Origin: Candidatus Micrarchaeota archaeon
Lineage (GTDB): Archaea > Micrarchaeota > Micrarchaeia > Micrarchaeales > Micrarchaeaceae
NCBI GenBank assembly: GCA_021807115.1
Contig: JAKAPJ010000003.1
Location: 1,775 to 65,774, forward strand
Direction: 5' to 3'
Length of the DNA: 64,000 nt
Program-made: the position numbers and the translations under genes
The notes under the pieces: generated by a model
What the model saw: only the letters and a program-made list of their open reading frames with translations
Database searches by the model: none
What the model was told of the DNA's origin: nothing
In this document: piece by piece, positions 26,192 through 33,798 of the stretch
Position numbering within the stretch: the stretch's first letter is position 1
Layout of the letters: each line of letters begins with the position of its first letter

Positions 26192-28285
26192 ATGACTGCT
26201 AAAAAAACATTAATGGGATGTGCATGCGTCGCGCTGACATTGGCCTGCGCGGTATTTGTGGGCACGGCCAACCCGTGCTTTTTCTATCATGGCGCCTTGC
26301 AGGAGGTGCAGTTCTCTATTCCAGCGCCCATGCCGACGCTTGGCGCGGCTACGGTATACACCACAAACATAACCGCCGGGGAGCCTGAGGACATAATAGC
26401 CGAGCTGCCGCAGAACGCCACAGGCGCGCCGCCGTACATATACTCGTTTGTGGTGGAAAACAGCACGGGAGGAACCGTGGCGCAGAACACCACAAACGGG
26501 GGAGGCACAGTGGAGGCTTTCACATTTGTACCTTCGCGCGGCGGGGTGATGTATGCGAAGGTGACCGTAGTGGATTCTTCTTCGCCCCCACTAACATCGG
26601 TCTCCAACTCTGTTGCATTCAGGGTGGCGCCGCCAGCAAGCTCGGTTTCCCTGGCCCCTAACGGACTCGTGGCGGACGCAGGGCAGGCCATATCATTAAA
26701 TGCGATGGTTTCTGGGGGGGTGGGTCCATTCAACATATCTGTGCTGAACTACACAAGCAATGTGGTGGTTTATTTAGCCAGCGGCATCCAGCCCGGATCT
26801 AATGCCACATACACGTTCACACAGCCTGCACCGGGTACGGTTGTTCTTGTGGCAAATGCGGTTGATACGGGATGGGCGTACGGGCCTGGGCCGCAGGAGT
26901 CTAATGCGGTGTCCGTAAACGTGCTTAGCGTGCCTTCTGTCGCCATCTCGGCATACCCTGCCTCAAACGTCACGGTAGGTAATTACGTTAACCTTACAGC
27001 GGTGGCATCCGGAGGGAGCGGGAGATTCTCATTTGCATGGACAGTCAACGGCATGGGGGCGCAAAACGTATCCACCGCAAATGCTTCATCGATATCCATA
27101 GGGGGCAACTCGCCTGGCGTGTTCACCGTCAACTTGGTTGCAACGGATAGCGGCACAACGAAGCCGTATGCGCTGCGGGGCCTGGGCATAACGGTAAGGG
27201 TGGCGAATACGTCGCAGCCCAGCACAACCACTACTACGTCCGCCTCTACGTCCACCTCCACAAAGCAACAGGGTTCTGGTGGCGGGGTAGAGGGCAGCGG
27301 GGGATCCGGTGTCATAAGCGGGGGGGCGCAGGGGCCGTCAGTTACTAGGACAGGAAACGGGTTTGAGGTAGAAGGGCTTGGCGAATCCGCATCGACCACG
27401 CTTGAGCTTGGTGGGGAGAGCCTCGGGATAGTCGGACTGCAGATAACGCAGGCATATGCCGTGATACTGGTTAACGGTGTGCAGCATAGCCTGCCAGAAA
27501 ACCAGGCAGTGCTGCTTGAAACCACGAAGCAGGGCTCGTACTACGCCCAGCTAACTGGTATAAACTACACCACAAGCGGCAGCAGCACGATGGGATTGTA
27601 TGTGTATTTCAACGAGAGCCGCAGCGAATCGCAGGGATTAGGTGCACCTACTCTGAACATCACCATTGCCGCGGAGGAATCCAGCGCAAACGTAACGCTG
27701 TCAAACTCGACGCCGGACCGCATAATGCTGCCGGACATGGGGGCGACATTGTCCATAGCGTCAAATGTACCGCAGAGGCTGGTGTTTGATATAAGGAACA
27801 CCACAGGGACGGATCGCTTCGTTCCCCCTGAAGGATACAACGCGGTCCTTGTGGTAAACATCACACTCGGAAACGCAACGGTGGGGCTGGAGGGCATTAA
27901 CCTGCTAGCCACGATATTGTACAATTGCTCTGCCATAGTAAGGCCGTTCCTTGCGGAAAATGGCACATGGGCTTCGCTGCCCACGTATTACAACGACACA
28001 CCGCCCTGCTCCATGACATTCCATGTGCCCCCTGACCCTGTTGTGGGGGTCATGAAGCTTGCTGCAAGCTATCCGCTTGGCGTCGCCCCGAGCAGCAGGA
28101 TAGTGGGTGTGGTAAGCGCGAACCAGAGCCCAACCAATGAGGAGCAGTTGCAGTTGATATACGGAGCGCTTGTAATCGTCATGCTGCTGGCGGCTGCGGT
28201 GTTTATTAGGGTGGCATGGAGGCTGGCACGAGGCGCTGGCGGGGCGGAGAAGGCCGCGGGCCAGCCAATGGGCATGCTTACGTGA
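26192..28285 (+). CDS. Secreted surface protein with PKD-like repeats, Thr/Gly linker, pre-PGF-like segment and a C-terminal TM anchor
   Basis: Signal TLMGCACVALTLACAVFVG. SGGVGPFNISV and SGGSGRFSFAW units. C-terminus LIYGALVIVMLLAAAVFIRVAWRLARG. ATG at 26192 preferred over TTG at 26186. Confidence 0.8.
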   Translation: MTAKKTLMGCACVALTLACAVFVGTANPCFFYHGALQEVQFSIPAPMPTLGAATVYTTNITAGEPEDIIAELPQNATGAPPYIYSFVVENSTGGTVAQNTTNGGGTVEAFTFVPSRGGVMYAKVTVVDSSSPPLTSVSNSVAFRVAPPASSVSLAPNGLVADAGQAISLNAMVSGGVGPFNISVLNYTSNVVVYLASGIQPGSNATYTFTQPAPGTVVLVANAVDTGWAYGPGPQESNAVSVNVLSVPSVAISAYPASNVTVGNYVNLTAVASGGSGRFSFAWTVNGMGAQNVSTANASSISIGGNSPGVFTVNLVATDSGTTKPYALRGLGITVRVANTSQPSTTTTTSASTSTSTKQQGSGGGVEGSGGSGVISGGAQGPSVTRTGNGFEVEGLGESASTTLELGGESLGIVGLQITQAYAVILVNGVQHSLPENQAVLLETTKQGSYYAQLTGINYTTSGSSTMGLYVYFNESRSESQGLGAPTLNITIAAEESSANVTLSNSTPDRIMLPDMGATLSIASNVPQRLVFDIRNTTGTDRFVPPEGYNAVLVVNITLGNATVGLEGINLLATILYNCSAIVRPFLAENGTWASLPTYYNDTPPCSMTFHVPPDPVVGVMKLAASYPLGVAPSSRIVGVVSANQSPTNEEQLQLIYGALVIVMLLAAAVFIRVAWRLARGAGGAEKAAGQPMGMLT

Positions 28286-28329
28286 TAATTAATGCATCCG
28301 CATAGCGTGGACGGAGGTTGCTGTGGCGA

Positions 28330-29874
28330 TTAATGTGTGGTGTGCAGGTGGGAGGCGGTGCCTGGGGCTCCGCTTGATGCGGCGGCGCGTAGCCGTTGCA
28401 GTATCCATACCATGCCCTCCGTGTCCTGGCCGCAGTATTTCTCTAGGCTGGCTCTTACCCTCCTTTCCTCTTCCGGATCTGCGCTTGATCCGTCCGGCCT
28501 GCCATGCGTCATGAACAGATATGCCAATGATGCCTGGAAGCCGTTGGCTATCTCGAAGCCATCGTACGTGGCGCCCGTCAGCGCGGGCAGCACCTTCTTA
28601 AGCGACGCGCTGCCATTCTGGGCAGGTGAATAGTAGGCAAAGCTCCTGAACGGCCCAAGAAGGTCCGCCATCCTTGCGGCGGCGGATGCCGCCCAGGCCC
28701 CGTAATCAGGAAGAGTCCTTGCGATCTCCCTAACGATGCCCTCCTCGAAGCTCTGATTGTATACAACTATGCTACCTGATGCGCCGAGCGAGTGCCTAAG
28801 CGCATCTGCGAACGACGGCCGCGGGTCTGATCTGCCGCGCGCTATGAATGATATGTGGCTTGGCTGTGCACCCTCCCTCTCAAGCACATGGACGGAAAAC
28901 TGGAATGGAATCTGCTGGTACGGCCTTGTGCCGTCGTACAGAGGTATTGCGGAGCCGTAAGTCTCAAAGTCAAGGAAGTACAGAGGGTACTCAAGACCAT
29001 TAATGAATGACGATACGCTAGTGCGGTCCACATGGGGCCTGCCCGATGCGTGGGCGTCGCGCTGTATGGACTGCTTATCGTTCAGCTCAAACCCATCCGG
29101 GATGTCCCTTATCCTGAAAACCCCGAGCCGCATCAGGTCCTGCACCTTGTCGGCGCCCCCGGCCAGGTGCATTATGTCAGCCCCTGGGTGCTCGCCCCAA
29201 ATACGGTCGCCATCGTGCACGCCGTCTGGATCGGAGTGGTACTCCTCGCCCCTGCCGAACTCCGGACACCTCTTTAGCGCAGCCACTCCAAGCAGCCCCT
29301 TGACGTTTGAAGGCACGCCGGGCATGAGCGCGTCTACAGCCCCGGTAACATCGGTCTTCGTGAGCAGGCCATGCGGATCCACCTCCCCTCCCCTGACGTA
29401 CTTGCCATTGACGTGTAGTATGAAGCACTTCCTTATAGGTATCCCTGCGCCCTCATAGCAGTACCTCTGGAACGATACGTCGTGAATGTGGTGGCCCTTC
29501 ACACCCGCCGCGCTCTTCACTTCGACTATGTCCCATGTCCCGCCCGGGGCCGGCACGAGGATGTCGGCCCTGGCGTAGCATCTGCCGTCCGGATGCACGA
29601 ACCCCGCTTCGAACACCGTCTTGCGCCTGTCGAGTAGCTGCCTTGACTCCTTGTCATTCCCTGCAGGGGTGGCTGGACCTGCCTCAATTCCCCCGGAGAA
29701 GAGGCCCCTTGCAAGCATGCCGATCATGCGCCCCTCGTAGATCCGGTACTGTCCGGCCCGGTCAACCTTTGGCAGCGCATCTGGACTGTTGAACATGAGC
29801 CACATGCGCTTGTGGCATTCGAGCCCAGACACGTAGCGAGACTTCGTGAGGTACGCGGTAGTTTTGCCGCCCAT
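28330..29874 (-). CDS. DUF2779-family protein (N-terminal PD-(D/E)XK nuclease-like region plus DUF2779 region)
   Basis: LTKSRYVSGLECHKRMWL...ADILVPAPGGTWDIVEVKSA (D...E-x-K), then LYFLDFETYGSAIPLYDGTRPYQQIPFQFSVH. Confidence 0.7.
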   Translation of the reverse strand: MGGKTTAYLTKSRYVSGLECHKRMWLMFNSPDALPKVDRAGQYRIYEGRMIGMLARGLFSGGIEAGPATPAGNDKESRQLLDRRKTVFEAGFVHPDGRCYARADILVPAPGGTWDIVEVKSAAGVKGHHIHDVSFQRYCYEGAGIPIRKCFILHVNGKYVRGGEVDPHGLLTKTDVTGAVDALMPGVPSNVKGLLGVAALKRCPEFGRGEEYHSDPDGVHDGDRIWGEHPGADIMHLAGGADKVQDLMRLGVFRIRDIPDGFELNDKQSIQRDAHASGRPHVDRTSVSSFINGLEYPLYFLDFETYGSAIPLYDGTRPYQQIPFQFSVHVLEREGAQPSHISFIARGRSDPRPSFADALRHSLGASGSIVVYNQSFEEGIVREIARTLPDYGAWAASAAARMADLLGPFRSFAYYSPAQNGSASLKKVLPALTGATYDGFEIANGFQASLAYLFMTHGRPDGSSADPEEERRVRASLEKYCGQDTEGMVWILQRLRAAASSGAPGTASHLHTTH

Positions 29875-30196
29875 GGTGTCAAACCCCTAAGCCTTGGTCA
29901 GCAAAATTTAATAAGACGATAATATTTGGCAATGCCATTGCCCGCATCGGCTAGATGTGAGATGATACGGCCCCAGCAGCGGATACTTTATTACTTCCCG
30001 ACACGTCTCAGCGGCAGTGGCGGACGATAGTGCTTTAGCGCAGTCACAGAGGGGTGGGTGGGTTGTTGGTAGGATTTGAACTGGCGGTGGCGCAGAGCCA
30101 CATCCACAGGCATGGCTTTTGTGCCTAAAGATGCGCTGCGCCAGCCTGCGCAACATGGTTTAAATAGCTGTATTTTTATGTATAAAACGTGATCAA

Positions 30197-30847
30197 ATGC
30201 AAGTGTTCGACTACCTAGGGAAGGGAGTGGCTGCCATGCTGCATCCCGGAGAGGCAAACAAGAGGAGCCTGGACGTGGGCACGGCATACATGACTTACTA
30301 CAAGACCACATTCGTGCCGCTTGTGGTGTATGTCCTGCTGTCCATAGTTTTCGTGTCAGCTGAGGGTTATGTGCTCATCCTTAGGAGCTTCACTGCGCCG
30401 CTTCTTGGCGCGGGGCTGCTGGGCGCCCTGGTCATACCCATAGCGATCGTATGGGTCTTCATGCCCATAGGCATATTCGTCTCGGCGGGGCTGCTGCAGC
30501 TGGTTGGCAGGGCGGCGGGCCAGTTCAAGGGGCCGTTTGGGAAGACGCTGACGGCCGTCATGTACAGCAAGTTCCCTGTCGCGATATTCGCGTTCCTGCT
30601 CGCAATACCGTTCGCGGCGCCGCTGTTCACCGTGTTCGGGTTCTGGGCGTTCGTGGTGAGCCTTGTGGCGCTGTCAAGCCAGCAGAAGGTAAGTTGGGCT
30701 ACCGCCCTGGGGCTGGAGGTCATGACCATTGTGCTCGCGCTTGCGCTCCTTGGCATAGTTGCATCGCTGCTTGCGATATCGTTTGGTTCTTCGGCCATAG
30801 CCTGGCTGATCCAGCACTATGGCACATTGATGAACCTTGCGGTATAG
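30197..30847 (+). CDS. Yip1-like polytopic membrane protein
   Basis: Soluble N-terminus followed by 5 TM segments. The assignment to Yip1 is tentative. Confidence 0.5.
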   Translation: MQVFDYLGKGVAAMLHPGEANKRSLDVGTAYMTYYKTTFVPLVVYVLLSIVFVSAEGYVLILRSFTAPLLGAGLLGALVIPIAIVWVFMPIGIFVSAGLLQLVGRAAGQFKGPFGKTLTAVMYSKFPVAIFAFLLAIPFAAPLFTVFGFWAFVVSLVALSSQQKVSWATALGLEVMTIVLALALLGIVASLLAISFGSSAIAWLIQHYGTLMNLAV

Positions 30848-30878
30848 CCTGGCCAGGCTTTGCGGCGGCATGGCGGCG

Positions 30879-31208
30879 TCACGAATATAGGGAGGCGCCG
30901 ACCACACGGGTCTCCATTATGAACTTGTGTATGGCCGCGCCCTTCTTTGTGAGCGAGTACTGGGTGCCTATCAGGCCGTTGTAATATATTGAAGTCACCT
31001 CGCTCCTCTCCACAAAACCTGCCGTAATGAGTTCCTTGAGGCAGGCGCTGAGATTCTTCGGGGTTATCCCGCCAACGGCCTCGATAATGGAATTGAACTG
31101 AATGCTTCCCCTTGAGGAATAGAGCACTTCTATTACCGGTATGGTCCACTTCTTCCCAAGCAGGTGCACAAGCGGCGAAGCTTGTGGCAGCCTCCGTGGT
31201 TCAGGCAC
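30879..31208 (-). CDS. HxlR-family winged-helix transcriptional regulator
   Basis: LLGKKWTIPVIEVLYSSRGSIQFNSIIEAVGGITPKNLSACLKELITAGFVER. GTG start. Confidence 0.8.
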   Translation of the reverse strand: MPEPRRLPQASPLVHLLGKKWTIPVIEVLYSSRGSIQFNSIIEAVGGITPKNLSACLKELITAGFVERSEVTSIYYNGLIGTQYSLTKKGAAIHKFIMETRVVGASLYS

Positions 31209-31236
31209 CTTTCCACCTGTGTTATCTTCGCTTTAA

Positions 31237-31246
31237 GGTATAAAAA
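31237..31246 (-). promoter_or_regulatory. TATA box of the hxlR-like gene
   Basis: The minus strand reads tttttatacc, about 29-38 nt upstream of the GTG at 31208. Confidence 0.45.
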
Positions 31247-31563
31247 CACTTTCTAGCGGGGCAGGGTGCGTACCGGCCTATCCGCAGTCCCACATGAAGG
31301 GCTACATGGCACACTTCCATGTTGTGGTTCTCGACACCGCACCAGGGCCGCGGGGCATTTGCGCACCGGATGTTGATGTCGCAACAGGAAATTGCGTACG
31401 GGAATTTTCACCCGGGCGGCTCTCAGTATGCCTGCCTGCAGACGCCACATTTGTGCATGGCCTGCCGGGTAGTTGGGCGTGGAATCGGCTGCTTCGGTTG
31501 CGCTGTTTGGGCCGGCCTGTGCCAGCAGGCACAGTGTGGCCGGAGGCTATGCACGCGCACGGC

Positions 31564-32652
31564 TTAGGGCAGCTTCAGCCCGTTTGCACCGACATATTCG
31601 GCGTCAGGCCTTATGAGCTTGTTGTTGGTCACCTGCTCCATGTAGTGGGCAGACCATCCGAACGCCCTTGACGCGGCGAAAAGCGGGGTGAAGAGGTCGT
31701 TGTCTATGCCCAGCAGGTGCATGTAGAGCGCGCCGTAGAAGTCAAGGTTGGCCGGCAGCTTCTTCTTCGCCCATACGGCGGCCTCTATGGCGACGGCGGC
31801 CTCGTACGCCTGCGTTGCCCCCTTAGCGGCAGCCAGCGTCTTGAGTTCCCTCTTCACGAGCTGCGCGCGCGGGTCCTCGGTCTTGTACACCCTGTGGCCG
31901 AACCCCATTATCTTCTCCTTCTTCGCTATCTTTTCGTCGACCCACCGCTCCGCCTCCTCCTTGGACTTTATCGAGAACATGTAGCTGAGTATCTCCTCGT
32001 TAGCGCCGCCGTGCAGGGGCCCTTTCAGCGTTGCCATGCCAGTAGTCATGGCAGCGCGCGGGTCCGCAAGTGTAGATGCGGTTACGCGCAGCGCCCATGT
32101 CGACGCGTTGAACTCGTGCTCCATGTAGAGTATTAGCAGCTTCTCCAGGTATTTCGCGCTTGCGCTGTCCTGCCTGCCGGTGAGCAGGTAGTAGAGCCTC
32201 TCCGAGTACGTCCCGTCTATATCTGGCAGCGGCTGCTGGCCCTTAAGCGCCCTGTAGCCGTCTGATATTATGCGGGGGAACTTTGCGGAAAGCTCCATTA
32301 GTATCTCGTCGTTCTTCTTTCCGGTGGTAGGCACTGCTGAAATCACCGTCCTTACAAGGTCCATCATGTCGGTGTCCTTGGGCAGCAGAGCCATCATCTT
32401 CTCCACGTTAGTCCCCAGCGCGGAGTTCTTCCTCAGGGATGCGGAGAACTCCGCAAGCTCCTTGTCGCTTGGCAGCTTGCCGTGGAACACCAGGAATGCG
32501 GTCTTCTCGAAGGATGCCCTCTGTGCGAGGTCTATGGCGCTGTAGCCGCGGTAGACCAGGCCCGCGCCGTCCTCCACTGCGGATATGCTTGTAGTGTCGA
32601 CTACCACCCTGTCAAGGCCCTTGGGAACTTTCGTCATCTCTGCCATGTTCAC
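31564..32652 (-). CDS. Citrate synthase / 2-methylcitrate synthase (short archaeal type)
   Basis: GFGHRVYKTEDPRA and ...LHGGANEE motifs. Adjacent to the prpB-like and prpD-like genes. Confidence 0.9.
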   Translation of the reverse strand: MNMAEMTKVPKGLDRVVVDTTSISAVEDGAGLVYRGYSAIDLAQRASFEKTAFLVFHGKLPSDKELAEFSASLRKNSALGTNVEKMMALLPKDTDMMDLVRTVISAVPTTGKKNDEILMELSAKFPRIISDGYRALKGQQPLPDIDGTYSERLYYLLTGRQDSASAKYLEKLLILYMEHEFNASTWALRVTASTLADPRAAMTTGMATLKGPLHGGANEEILSYMFSIKSKEEAERWVDEKIAKKEKIMGFGHRVYKTEDPRAQLVKRELKTLAAAKGATQAYEAAVAIEAAVWAKKKLPANLDFYGALYMHLLGIDNDLFTPLFAASRAFGWSAHYMEQVTNNKLIRPDAEYVGANGLKLP

Positions 32653-32785
32653 ACCAGAATTACGCTAAATACGAAAAGCCCGCCCGTACAGGGGCAGACC
32701 CGCTTCCACACGCTGCGCCAACACCCATTGGCGCGCGCCTGCTTATACATCTAGGGTGAAGCTATTAAATATTCCGATGCGATAG

Positions 32786-33775
32786 GTGTACGTTGGTGCG
32801 GGCATGGGTGTGAAGGGGGATGAAGGCGCCGAGGAGGGGTTCATATTCAAGGTTCCGCCGCCGGGGCTGCCATACCCCGTTGCTACGGCGAGGGAGAAGC
32901 GGAGGGCGCTGAGGGGGCTGCTTGGGCGCAAGGGGGCGGCCGCGACAGTGGTTGGCGTGTCAGACGCGCTGGTCGCAAGGTACGCGGAGAGCAAGGGAGT
33001 CAAGGCTATGTACGTGAGCGGCGCTGAGACCACGCTGTCGATGGGGCTGCCTGACCTCGGGATACTGCCCAGGCGCGAGATGCTGCTGAAGGCGAGCAGG
33101 ATAGCGCCGTTCGTGTCAGCGCCGCTGATAGTTGACGTGGACACAGGCTATGATGACGTGGCAGGCACCGTGAGGCTGTTTGAACGTGCTGGGATCGCTG
33201 GCGTGCAGGTGGAGGACCAGGTCGACGCCAAGAGGTGCGGGCACCTCGATCCCAAGGAGGTCGTGCCGGCGGAGGAGATGGTTGGGAAGATAAGGGACGC
33301 CACCGCGGCGAGGAAGGACCGCAACTTCACCATAATAGCGAGGACTGACGCGGCCGGGGTGGGCGGGATGGAGGACGCCATAAGTCGCGCAAACCTGTAC
33401 GCAGGGGCCGGCGCCGACATTATTTTCCCCGAGGCGCTGCGGACTAAGGAGGAGTTCAGGATGTTTGCGCAGGAGGTGGACGCCCCGCTGCTTGCCAACA
33501 TGACGGAATTCGGCAAGACGCCGTACATGAGGGTCAGCGAGTTCTCCGGGATGGGCTACTCGATGGTGCTATTCCCCGTGACGGCAAGGAGGGTGGGCAT
33601 AAGGGCCGAGAGCTCGGCCATAGACGCCCTTGTGAGGGAGGGCACGCAGAAAGGGCTGGTCGATTCTGGCGGGATAGAGACAAGGGACGAACTCAAGAAG
33701 GCCATAGACTACGATGGCTGGGAGAGGGTAGTAGGCGACATGTTCGCTGGCAGGCCCGGAAGGGGAAGGCGCTAG
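32786..33775 (+). CDS. prpB: Methylisocitrate lyase / PEP-mutase superfamily enzyme
   Basis: IVDVDTGYDD...VQVEDQVDAKRCGHLDPKEVV...IIARTDA motifs. Start uncertain (GTG 32786 or ATG 32804). Confidence 0.85.
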   Translation: MYVGAGMGVKGDEGAEEGFIFKVPPPGLPYPVATAREKRRALRGLLGRKGAAATVVGVSDALVARYAESKGVKAMYVSGAETTLSMGLPDLGILPRREMLLKASRIAPFVSAPLIVDVDTGYDDVAGTVRLFERAGIAGVQVEDQVDAKRCGHLDPKEVVPAEEMVGKIRDATAARKDRNFTIIARTDAAGVGGMEDAISRANLYAGAGADIIFPEALRTKEEFRMFAQEVDAPLLANMTEFGKTPYMRVSEFSGMGYSMVLFPVTARRVGIRAESSAIDALVREGTQKGLVDSGGIETRDELKKAIDYDGWERVVGDMFAGRPGRGRR

Positions 33776-33798
33776 GCGCGTTGCGCCCCGCACTGCGG

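Noticed and set aside
8900-28300. The surface-protein island considered as an integrated mobile element or genomic island.
   Set aside because: I found no integrase, transposase or conjugation gene, no flanking tRNA, and no terminal direct repeats. Compositional patchiness sits within genes rather than at island borders.
30071-30100. A T-loop-like GTTCAAATCC on the minus strand, suggesting a tRNA in the GC-rich spacer.
   Set aside because: The flanking bases cannot form a T stem (gccag versus cctac), and no acceptor or anticodon arms could be drawn.
30089-30155. The nested hairpin followed by ACA, considered as a possible H/ACA guide sRNA.
   Set aside because: The upper stem and loop lack a K-turn or K-loop (no GA pairs). 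The ACA lies about 10 nt beyond the lower stem rather than immediately after it. Only the generic ncRNA-candidate finding was kept.
31555-31570. cggctta resembling the RNase P RNA CR-V box (ACAGAA..CGGCUUA).
   Set aside because: The TTA is the citrate-synthase stop codon read on the other strand. No GGAAAGUCC (CR-I) or contiguous ACAGAA element is present in the region.
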